Source: Cellvibrionaceae bacterium
GTDB taxonomy: Bacteria > Pseudomonadota > Gammaproteobacteria > Pseudomonadales > Cellvibrionaceae
NCBI GenBank assembly: GCA_050633885.1
Contig: JBOEHK010000002.1
Location: forward strand, 853,504 to 917,503
Direction of reading: 5' to 3'
Length of the DNA: 64,000 nt
Under the pieces are notes generated by a model. The model was given only the letters and a program-made list of their open reading frames with translations, ran no database searches and was not told the DNA's origin. How positions within the stretch are numbered: position 1 is the stretch's first letter; every line of letters begins with the position of its first letter. Position numbers and translations under genes: made by a program. Positions 56,443 to 64,000 of this stretch are shown piece by piece.

Positions 56443-56700
56443 ACAGTGACTTCTCTTTGTTGCTTTCCTGTTGTTTTTTATTTATTGCTAATTGAGCTTT
56501 CTTTTGACTGCGTTATTCGACTTTGGATGGTAGAGCTTGGCATATTATTTAAATAGCAAAGATTAGCCTAACCGAAAAGAAATAGGTTTCTTGAGTCTAA
56601 CACAGCATTCAGATTTTGCCGGTCGAATAGGCAATTAAATTAAAAAAAGAGGGGGTCAACAGTTCACAGGTTCTTGTCGTCGCCTTAATAGCGTTGGTGG

Positions 56701-57120
56701 TTAAAACGGCTGCACTTCGACTAATATGATGGCGCCTAACAAAAGAAAAACAGGCAATTCATTAAAGACTCTATACCAGATGTGTGTACGAATCGTCCCG
56801 CCGTTAGCAAGTTGATAAGTGATGCGTGCGCAAACAATATGGTAAATGATAAGGATCACAACTAACGCAAGTTTGGCGTGAAACCAACCAGCACTCATGT
56901 AGTATTCAGGGTTGTAGGCCGTTAACCAAATGCCAAAAACGATGGTTAGGATTGGCCAAGGAATCGAGAAACGTAATAGTTTCCGCTGCATTTGGTTGAG
57001 ATGGTTTCGCGTTTCATCATTGTTTGCGATTGCAAAATTTACAAACAGTCGTGGCAAATAAAAAATACAAGCAAACCAGCAGACTACAAAAAAAATGTGA
57101 AAAGTTTTTACCCAAAGCAT
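56701..57120 (-). CDS. hemJ: protoporphyrinogen IX oxidase HemJ (UPF0093 family membrane protein)
   Basis: MLWVKTFHIFFVVCWFACIFYLPRLFVNF signature. Four TM helices, 139 aa. Confidence 0.85.
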   Translation of the reverse strand: MLWVKTFHIFFVVCWFACIFYLPRLFVNFAIANNDETRNHLNQMQRKLLRFSIPWPILTIVFGIWLTAYNPEYYMSAGWFHAKLALVVILIIYHIVCARITYQLANGGTIRTHIWYRVFNELPVFLLLGAIILVEVQPF

Positions 57121-57211
57121 GGTGTTACCTTTTTTTAAACGTTAAAAATTATTATTTAGAAATAACAACTCGATTAATGAAGCGCTTAAAATTAGACAGC
57201 GATAAAAGTCT

Positions 57212-58996
57212 TTATCGGCTGTAATAGTTTTCTATCATATCGTTAGTGATAACGCCTAGTACAGAGGAGCGACGATTAGTGTTTTGTCTTTCAATATAAA
57301 CAACCTCACCATTAACTTGTTTAAGTTTTTGACGAACTTCAAAAAGGTTAGCTCTTTGATGCAATGGATGCATTTTGTAGCGTTGCCCAGGTATTTCTTT
57401 CAGGCTAAAAGAAATATTTTCGTCTTCCGATTTTTTCAGGATATCTTGAGAGGGGGTTTCTAGAAACTGCGAGAGGTCAGCGGCTCGAAGTAAAAATACA
57501 TCGGCATCTTCCTCCTCGATAACAATCCACTGTGGTCTTTTTGATAGAAGCTCTTTTCCTTCGTCTGCCGAGATGGTCGCTTTGCTCATCACAAAGTCTG
57601 TGCTCATAACACTCCAAACACCGACTCTGCTTAACACTTGCCGATCGGGTTCAGATTTTAACGGTGTGCCGGCAGTACGCATTTGTGCGACAAAAATGCT
57701 TTCACACTTGAAAACTTGCTGGGTTATGACGCAAGCGACAACGATTACCATCATGCTGGGGAAAATAATATTGGGATTATAAGTCAGTTCGAGTACAGCC
57801 ATAAGTGCTGCTAGGGGGGCATTCAGTACGGCTCCCATCATGGCCGCCATTCCGATAGTGACGTAAAAGCCAGCGTTGGATGCTTGATCTGGATTTAGAT
57901 GATTTCCAATGATACCTAGAATGCCTCCTAAGCATCCGCCAATGACCAAGCATGGACCTATAAGTCCACCGGGAATCCCTAGTCCTGTACTGACGGCAGT
58001 TGCTGTTAATTTTGCGATCACGATGACAACGAGTATTCTTAAGCTCATTTCACCTAGCATGGCTGAGTTCAAAGAGTCATAGCCAAGGCCGAGAATTTGT
58101 GGCGCAAAAAGGGCAAGTAATCCGGTGACCAATCCGATGAGTGTGAACCGAAAGATAATGGGCAATGATCGCCCTCGACTAACAATGAGTTGGAGCTGTA
58201 GGAAGGCAGCTGCAAAAACCGCAATCACTAATCCTGCTAAAGCCATGTAAGGGAGTTCCCATAAGCTTTTCATTTCAATAGCGCTGACCGAAAGGCTTGA
58301 ACTTGTTCCAAAAGCTAACTGGCTAATTACAGCTCCAGAAGCGGAGGCGAGAATGATCGGGATGAAGCCTGTAATTGTGTATTCCATCAAAACAACCTCC
58401 ATTGCGAAAATAACACCAGCGATGGGGGTGTTAAATGAGGCTGAAATGGCCGCTGCAACACCGCATCCGACGAGAATGCGCAAACTATTATTAGGAAGTT
58501 GTAGCCATTGACCGAGCAAGCTCGCTGCTCCAGCGCCTAAATGCACTGCAGGACCTTCGCGTCCGACGGATTGGCCGGTGATTAGGCTGGCAGCTCCGCC
58601 AAAAAATTGCACTATTACGTTTCTAAGCGGCATTTGTCCCTGGTGATGATGAAGTCGATCGAGGACGTGGCTTACGCTAACGGATCGATCTTGGGGTTTT
58701 AGGAAATGGAAAATAATGCCAATAGTGATTGCACCCAAAAAAGGTAAGAAAAAATGCCATGCGATAGGGAGGCTTTCGAAGTTATCGTTTCCGTCAGGCA
58801 GTAAAAAATGCAGAGGGGTGTCAATAAGGATTCGAAAGGCGACGATCAGTAGCGCTGCCGCTACTCCGCTGATGAAACCGAGAAGTGTCAGTTGAGGTAG
58901 GGCATCAATGTAGGCGAGGCTATGGCGAAAGTCATCGACTCTCTTTTGAGTGGCTTGATGCAGTGTTTGTAAAAATGATTCGTTTTTATCTGGCAT
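57212..58996 (-). CDS. ClC-family chloride channel/antiporter with C-terminal CBS-like region
   Basis: GREGPAVHLGA, GIPGGLIGP, multi-TM. Confidence 0.85.
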   Translation of the reverse strand: MPDKNESFLQTLHQATQKRVDDFRHSLAYIDALPQLTLLGFISGVAAALLIVAFRILIDTPLHFLLPDGNDNFESLPIAWHFFLPFLGAITIGIIFHFLKPQDRSVSVSHVLDRLHHHQGQMPLRNVIVQFFGGAASLITGQSVGREGPAVHLGAGAASLLGQWLQLPNNSLRILVGCGVAAAISASFNTPIAGVIFAMEVVLMEYTITGFIPIILASASGAVISQLAFGTSSSLSVSAIEMKSLWELPYMALAGLVIAVFAAAFLQLQLIVSRGRSLPIIFRFTLIGLVTGLLALFAPQILGLGYDSLNSAMLGEMSLRILVVIVIAKLTATAVSTGLGIPGGLIGPCLVIGGCLGGILGIIGNHLNPDQASNAGFYVTIGMAAMMGAVLNAPLAALMAVLELTYNPNIIFPSMMVIVVACVITQQVFKCESIFVAQMRTAGTPLKSEPDRQVLSRVGVWSVMSTDFVMSKATISADEGKELLSKRPQWIVIEEEDADVFLLRAADLSQFLETPSQDILKKSEDENISFSLKEIPGQRYKMHPLHQRANLFEVRQKLKQVNGEVVYIERQNTNRRSSVLGVITNDMIENYYSR

Positions 58997-59198
58997 GGAG
59001 TCGCTGCTAAGTCTATTTTGAGGATGTTTTACTTTCGGAATGAGTCAACAAAACTTATTATATGTCGTTCAGCCTTTTTTGATGCTCTTGGTTTCAAGTC
59101 ATTATTGAAATATGTCAGTTGGAACCTATTTCAATAATAATTGAGAAAGTTTGAATTCATTCTTTAGGTCAATCAGTTTTAGGAACGAGGAGTATACA

Positions 59199-60263
59199 GT
59201 GATTAAGGTTGGAATCGTTGGTGGCACAGGATATACAGGTGTCGAATTGTTACGGTTGTTGTCCCAACACCCTGAAGTAAAACTTAGCTGTATTACATCA
59301 CGCAGTGAGGCAGGCAAGTCTGTCGCTGAGTTGTATCCAAGTCTACGAGGTCATGTTGATTTAGCCTTTACGGTGCCCGATACCGATGAATTAATGTCTT
59401 GTGATGTAGTTTTCTTTGCAACACCGCATGGTGTTGCACAAGCTATGTTACCAAGCTTATTGCCTGATTTGTTGAATGATAATGCTGCTAGCGGTCCTAA
59501 AGTGATTGATATATCTGCAGACTTTCGAATTAGAGATCAAGATATCTGGGAGCAATGGTATGGACAGGCCCATGCTTGTCCGCAAATGATTAATCAAGCT
59601 GTATACGGTTTACCTGAAATTAATCGAGAAAAAATTAAATCTGCAAAACTGATTGCTAACCCCGGTTGTTATCCAACGGCAGTGACATTGGGGTTGCTCC
59701 CTTTGGTTGAACAAGGGCTAATCGAAGCAAATCATCTCATTGCCAGTGCTGCGTCTGGTGTTAGTGGAGCGGGTAAAGGGGCTAAGGTCGATAATTTATT
59801 TTCAGAGGTCAGTGATAGCTACAAAGCGTATGCAGTAACGGGGCATCGACACTTACCAGAAATTGAACAAACTCTAAATGATGTAAAAGCGAAAGGGATG
59901 TCGGATCCTCGAATCACATTTGTCCCTCACCTATTACCGATAATTCGAGGAATGCAGGCGAGTTTGTATGCTAACCTCCTAGATACAGACGTTGATTTAC
60001 AGGCACTGTATGAGGAGCGATACAAAGATGAGCCTTTTGTTGATGTGCTTCCTTATGGTGAGGTGCCGCAAACTAGGACTGTAAAAAGTTCTAATATGTG
60101 CCGCCTGTCTGTGTTTCGACCACAAGGGCGCGATACAGTTGTAGTTCTTTCTGTGATCGATAATCTGACAAAAGGAGCTTCAGGCCAAGCTGTTCAATGT
60201 ATGAATTTGATGTTTGGTTTTGAGGAGTCCTTAGGTATCAATCAAATAGCAGTGATGCCTTAG
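59199..60263 (+). CDS. argC: N-acetyl-gamma-glutamyl-phosphate reductase
   Basis: [20 protein letters not shown] (active-site Cys). GTG 59199 lies behind gaggag; the track ORF starts at 59151. Confidence 0.9.
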   Translation: MIKVGIVGGTGYTGVELLRLLSQHPEVKLSCITSRSEAGKSVAELYPSLRGHVDLAFTVPDTDELMSCDVVFFATPHGVAQAMLPSLLPDLLNDNAASGPKVIDISADFRIRDQDIWEQWYGQAHACPQMINQAVYGLPEINREKIKSAKLIANPGCYPTAVTLGLLPLVEQGLIEANHLIASAASGVSGAGKGAKVDNLFSEVSDSYKAYAVTGHRHLPEIEQTLNDVKAKGMSDPRITFVPHLLPIIRGMQASLYANLLDTDVDLQALYEERYKDEPFVDVLPYGEVPQTRTVKSSNMCRLSVFRPQGRDTVVVLSVIDNLTKGASGQAVQCMNLMFGFEESLGINQIAVMP

Positions 60264-60307
60264 TATAATTCTTTTTTTATCTGTTAAATTTTTTGGATCT
60301 CTTTTTA

Positions 60308-61048
60308 ATGTCAGTAGTGAAAGGTACTAAATCTCCTCGGCTAGTAGTGGTCCCTTATCGGCCTTACTTAAAAGCAATTGTTTTTATTGTTGCAATTGCC
60401 GCCATTTTGGTTGTTGGTGCTTTCAGTTTTTTTATCGGTAAAGAAGTTGGTGCCGGGGTTGGACAAAAGGCCATTGTCGAACGTGATCAATTACGAAAGA
60501 GTTATCAGGAAAAAGAAAAGGAAGCTGAAGAGCTGTCCCAGCAAGTAGCGAATCTGTCTTTGGCAAGTGAAGTGGATAAAACGTCTAATGAAGAAGTTAG
60601 AAATCAAATTATTCAGCAGAAAGAGCAAATAGCGGCGTTAGAAGAAGACATTACTTTTTACCGAAGTTTAATGTCGCCAGCTGACAATAAAAAAGGTTTA
60701 ACGATCGGTTCTGTGAATATATTGTCCACAGGTGTTGCTAGGCAATTTGATTTTAAAATTGTTATTCAGCAGCTAGTAACTAATCATCAATTATTAAACG
60801 GTTCCTTAAACGTGAATGTGATTGGCCGTGAGGCCGGTATTTCTCGAATCCTGCCTTTAAAGGATTTGACTACTCTGGTTGATACGACAGATATAAAATT
60901 ACGATTTAAATACTTTCAAGATATTAAAGGGCGCTTGGAATTGCCTATAGGTTTTGAAGCAGAGCGTATAGAAATCATTGCTAAATCGTCAGGTAAAAAC
61001 GGGTCAATGGTTGAGAAAAATTTCGGTTGGCTGGTTGAAGAAAATTAA
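60308..61048 (+). CDS. TM-anchored coiled-coil protein of unknown function (conserved argC-bactofilin-erpA neighbourhood)
   Basis: TM IVFIVAIAAILVVGAFSFF, then a heptad-rich segment. Start chosen at MSVVKG. Confidence 0.55.
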   Translation: MSVVKGTKSPRLVVVPYRPYLKAIVFIVAIAAILVVGAFSFFIGKEVGAGVGQKAIVERDQLRKSYQEKEKEAEELSQQVANLSLASEVDKTSNEEVRNQIIQQKEQIAALEEDITFYRSLMSPADNKKGLTIGSVNILSTGVARQFDFKIVIQQLVTNHQLLNGSLNVNVIGREAGISRILPLKDLTTLVDTTDIKLRFKYFQDIKGRLELPIGFEAERIEIIAKSSGKNGSMVEKNFGWLVEEN

Positions 61049-61100
61049 TCCATAAAATAATTTATATGTAGATCTGTAATTATGAATAATAGAGGTTCCA

Positions 61101-61523
61101 ATGGGAAAGCTCGTCGGTAACACAGCGACAACTCTGATAGCACGCGGTACGGAAATAGTTGGTGATATTCACTTTTCTGGGACATTGCATGTTGAGGGTA
61201 TTCTTCGGGGAAATGTTGTTGCTAAGGAAGGAAGCAATGCTCATTTAGATATTCAAGAGCATGGTGTTATCGAAGGTCAAGTGCACGTTCCTACTGTCCG
61301 TATTGATGGGAGAGTTATTGGAGATGTCGTATCAACAAAACACGTTGAGCTTGCAGCAAAAGCTCAGATCGAAGGTAACGTTCACTATCACCTCATCGAA
61401 ATGGTAAAGGGATCGCAAGTGAATGGGAGTCTCGTATATGGAGGAGGCTCTGATGCAACAACCTCTGTCGTATCAGAGCCTTCTACAAACTTGGAGGATT
61501 CTTCGTCTCCAGGTTTATTGTAA
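61101..61523 (+). CDS. bactofilin (polymer-forming cytoskeletal protein)
   Basis: Repeating beta-helix pattern GTEIVGDIHFSGTLHVEGILRGNV...IEGQVHV..IDGRVIGDV...IEGNVHY. Confidence 0.8.
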   Translation: MGKLVGNTATTLIARGTEIVGDIHFSGTLHVEGILRGNVVAKEGSNAHLDIQEHGVIEGQVHVPTVRIDGRVIGDVVSTKHVELAAKAQIEGNVHYHLIEMVKGSQVNGSLVYGGGSDATTSVVSEPSTNLEDSSSPGLL

Positions 61524-61726
61524 GCTGGCATGAATTTAATGAATGGCGAGATGTTTTTCCGAGAGAAATATTTGGCGTTGTCAGTTTCATTATCATCATT
61601 CAATGAGCTTATTTTTATACATTTTCTTAAACAGCTTGATCAAGCTGTTCTCTTCCATGGATAATGCCTGAACTCCCGCAGTTTTTGTTCGTCGTGCGGG
61701 GTGAATGAATTGAGGTATTTAACAGC

Positions 61727-62080
61727 ATGGCTACGACAGAAACATTTGTACCGGAACCGTTAATGATCACGTCTGGTGCGGTGGCAAAGATAAAAGAACT
61801 TGTTGAAGAAGAAGGTAATGACGCACTTAAATTACGTGTATTTGTTACTGGTGGAGGTTGTTCCGGTTTTCAATATGGTTTTGCCTTTGAGGAAGTCACT
61901 TCTGAAGATGACATGATTGTTGAGAAGGGTGGCATCAAGGCTATTATCGATTCCATGAGCTACCCCTATTTAATGGGTGCTGAAGTGGATTATGAAGAAG
62001 GCTTGCAGGGATCAAAGTTTGTTGTTCATAACCCAAATGCATCTTCTACATGTGGTTGTGGCGAGTCATTTTCTATCTAG
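61727..62080 (+). CDS. erpA: iron-sulfur cluster insertion protein ErpA
   Basis: [11 protein letters not shown] and C-terminal CGCGESFSI. Confidence 0.95.
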   Translation: MATTETFVPEPLMITSGAVAKIKELVEEEGNDALKLRVFVTGGGCSGFQYGFAFEEVTSEDDMIVEKGGIKAIIDSMSYPYLMGAEVDYEEGLQGSKFVVHNPNASSTCGCGESFSI

Positions 62081-62099
62081 GCTAGACTAAAGGAGTTAG

Positions 62100-63218
62100 T
62101 TAGGCTTGGTAAATCCCACCTAAAATCACCGATTTATTTGCGCCTGTTACGTTTGGCAGATTTCCAAATGCTCTGTCTATCGTTTGTTTGGCTAGCCAAG
62201 CAAACGCCGCACCTTCTACCCAGTCTGGGCCGATGCCTAGTTTTTCTGTTGTGTCGACAGTGAACGTCGGTAGTAATTCCGAAAGTCGGTTCATTAATTG
62301 TAAATTGTGCGCTCCGCCTCCACAAACATATAGCTCACCGCTCTCTATTGATAACTGTTGTATTTCATTTGAAATACTGACTGCTGTTAATTCTAGTAGT
62401 GTAGCTTGAACATCTTTGGAATTTATTTTCTCTTCAAGTTCTAAAATTAATTCCAGCCAAGGTAGCGTAAACACTTCTCTTCCTGTGCTTTTAGGCGCGG
62501 GTTCCTTGAAATAATCATGGTCTAGTAATCGCTTCAGAAGGTGTTGGTTGACTCGGCCAGATTCAGCCCATTTCCCACTTTTGTCGTAGGGTAGGTTTTT
62601 CTTTTTGTAAATCCAGTCATCCATTAGGGCATTGCCAGGCCCCGTATCGTAACCAATAGTTTTGTTTTTGTTTGAAAGAACCGTAATGTTTGAGATGCCG
62701 CCGATATTTAAAATGATTCGGTCGATATGTTGCGAAGAAAAAACTGACTCATGGAAAGCTGGAACTAAGGGGGCTCCTTGACCGCCGGCTGCCATATCAC
62801 GTCGCCGGAAATCAGCAACTGTCGTGATGCTTGTGTTTTCTGCAATGGTGTTTGGGTCAGCAATTTGCAAAGTGAAAGGTCTGGAAAGGGAACCTTCTGG
62901 CCGATGCCGAATAGTTTGCCCATGGCTTCCTATTGCAGAAATTTGTGTTCTTTTTAGCCCTGCTTTTTGTATTAGTTCGTTAGCGGCTTCTGCAAATATT
63001 TCACCAAGCTTTTGGTCTAACACTCCCATTTTGTCTATTTCATTGTCGCCAGGGAGCATTAAATTTTTTATTTTTTTGGTTATTTTTTTTGAGAAAGGAT
63101 AGGTAAAAGCATCAATTAACATTGGACCTTCGTTTTGAAAATCCAGCAGAACGGCATCAATGCCATCGACACTGGTACCTGAAATCAAACCAATGAAAAA
63201 AGAGCGAGAGCTTTGCAT
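62100..63218 (-). CDS. anmK: anhydro-N-acetylmuramic acid kinase
   Basis: GLISGTSVDGIDAVL, NIGGISN, DTGPGNALMD. Confidence 0.9.
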   Translation of the reverse strand: MQSSRSFFIGLISGTSVDGIDAVLLDFQNEGPMLIDAFTYPFSKKITKKIKNLMLPGDNEIDKMGVLDQKLGEIFAEAANELIQKAGLKRTQISAIGSHGQTIRHRPEGSLSRPFTLQIADPNTIAENTSITTVADFRRRDMAAGGQGAPLVPAFHESVFSSQHIDRIILNIGGISNITVLSNKNKTIGYDTGPGNALMDDWIYKKKNLPYDKSGKWAESGRVNQHLLKRLLDHDYFKEPAPKSTGREVFTLPWLELILELEEKINSKDVQATLLELTAVSISNEIQQLSIESGELYVCGGGAHNLQLMNRLSELLPTFTVDTTEKLGIGPDWVEGAAFAWLAKQTIDRAFGNLPNVTGANKSVILGGIYQA

Positions 63219-63244
63219 GATATTTTCTCGCTGCGGCTCTTGGT

Positions 63245-64000
63245 TTAGTTGATAAGGTTGGTTGGTTCGATTAATGCCAGCATGCGAGACTGGTGGAATT
63301 TATCTAGCTGGGCAATGATTGGCTGCGCTTGTTTTTTGAATGCAACTAATTCAGCATCAGCTATAGATTTTGCTTTTGGGAGCTTGTTGACAATAGTGCG
63401 AGGGTTTCTGTGAACGCCGTTGACTAAAAACTCATAGTGCAAATGTGGTGCGGTTGAATATCCTGTTGACCCAACAGTGCCGATAGTTTGTTTTTGAGTG
63501 ACTCGCTGTCCTTTTTTCACATAACGCTTATGAAGATGTAAATACTTTGTTTGAATATTACTGTTGTGTTGAACAATGACATAGTTGCCATTCGCTTTTG
63601 AGTAGCTGGACGCTATCACTTTTCCATCCCCAGGTGCCCAAACAGGTGTGCCACGGTTGGCTGCATAATCTGTTCCGCGGTGAGGTTTTATTCTTTTGCT
63701 AATGGGGTGTAATCGACGTGGATTAAAGTTAGAGCTGATACGGCGAAAATCTAACGGAGCACGTAGAAAATCTTTGCGCATACTTTTGCCGTCCGGTGTG
63801 AAGTAATGAGTTTTGCCGTTGTCGTCAAGATAGCGAACTGCACGGAAAGACTTTCCTTGATTGATGAACTCTGCTGCAAGTATGTCGCCGTAGCCAATAC
63901 GCTCACCGTCTAAAAATTTTTCCTCATAAAGTACTTTGAAGCTATCGCCTTTACGAATGTCTAGCGCGAAATCGATATCCCAACCAAAAATGTTCGCAAG
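63245..64000 (-). CDS. M23 family peptidoglycan metalloendopeptidase, 3' part (runs off window end)
   Basis: HRGTDYAA and GSTGYSTAPHLHYE zinc motifs. The frame is open from 63781 up to the window edge. Confidence 0.85.
   Translation of the reverse strand, partial: LANIFGWDIDFALDIRKGDSFKVLYEEKFLDGERIGYGDILAAEFINQGKSFRAVRYLDDNGKTHYFTPDGKSMRKDFLRAPLDFRRISSNFNPRRLHPISKRIKPHRGTDYAANRGTPVWAPGDGKVIASSYSKANGNYVIVQHNSNIQTKYLHLHKRYVKKGQRVTQKQTIGTVGSTGYSTAPHLHYEFLVNGVHRNPRTIVNKLPKAKSIADAELVAFKKQAQPIIAQLDKFHQSRMLALIEPTNLIN

Noticed and set aside
56443-56700. Possible TPP riboswitch upstream of thiD.
   Set aside because: I read the minus strand for the conserved CTGAGA ... ACCTGATCTGGATAATGCCAGCG-type elements and found none. 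The thiD-thiE-hemL arrangement is also not generally riboswitch-controlled in Pseudomonas-like genomes.
59100-59198. ARG box upstream of argC (tttgaattcattc).
   Set aside because: Only 2 nt lie between the TGAAT and ATTC halves instead of the 4 in the ArgR consensus, and there is a single copy. The evidence is insufficient.
1-64000. tRNA, rRNA and CRISPR arrays, and integrase or transposase genes that could explain the two islets.
   Set aside because: I found no T-loop/acceptor-like sequences (GGTTCGAATCC-type), no rRNA-like stretches and no repeat-spacer arrays; tandem repeats are contiguous and at most 4 units. No ORF has recombinase motifs. This was a visual scan only, so small RNAs could have been missed.

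Overview
AT-rich 64 kb chromosomal segment that looks gammaproteobacterial. This is inferred from Pseudomonas/Oceanospirillales-like core synteny: thiD-thiE-hemL, hemJ, a ClC channel, argC-[TM coiled-coil]-bactofilin-erpA, anmK-M23 peptidase, and mrcB plus a TPR lipoprotein. I support about 55 protein-coding genes. I found no rRNA, tRNA, CRISPR array, transposase or integrase.

Content from left to right:
- A large MalT-like STAND ATPase with a C-terminal SARP DNA-binding module.
- An rhlE-NYN pair, fatty-acid cis/trans isomerase (Cti), and a YbjQ-YbjQ-M48 operon.
- A TetR gene divergent from an operon of three exported proteins (double CMD lipoprotein, soluble quinohemoprotein PQQ dehydrogenase, double VOC lipoprotein).
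- AraC plus a Lif-family foldase, membrane PQQ glucose-type dehydrogenase, and a type-B carboxylesterase.
- Two accessory islets.
- A second lipase-foldase cluster.
- FtsH, a PfkB kinase, PBP1B, DUF1631-PilZ, and a housekeeping block.

Most notable observations:
1. Two islets lack any recombinase gene. Each is bracketed by a direct repeat of the 3' end of the gene it sits behind.
   - Esterase islet: 113 bp repeats at 26273 and 30566.
   - fkpA islet: 229 bp repeats at 36755 and 39520. These differ at 8 positions, all synonymous. This islet carries hipBA.
2. A Lif-like foldase is translationally coupled to an Lnt-like N-acyltransferase paralogue. This pair is divergent from a compact secreted hydrolase with cutinase/PETase-type motifs. 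There are three Lif-family genes in the window and no classical partner lipase.
3. An orphan membrane-tethered AapJ-like solute-binding domain carries an unknown cytoplasmic N-domain. Next to it is a TPM-domain gene whose signal peptide lies in another frame across an A_AAA_AAC heptamer.
4. Many short tandem or shared motifs occur in promoter regions, including a 16-mer shared between two Lif-associated loci.

All functional calls rest on motifs I can read in the translations. No database search was run.
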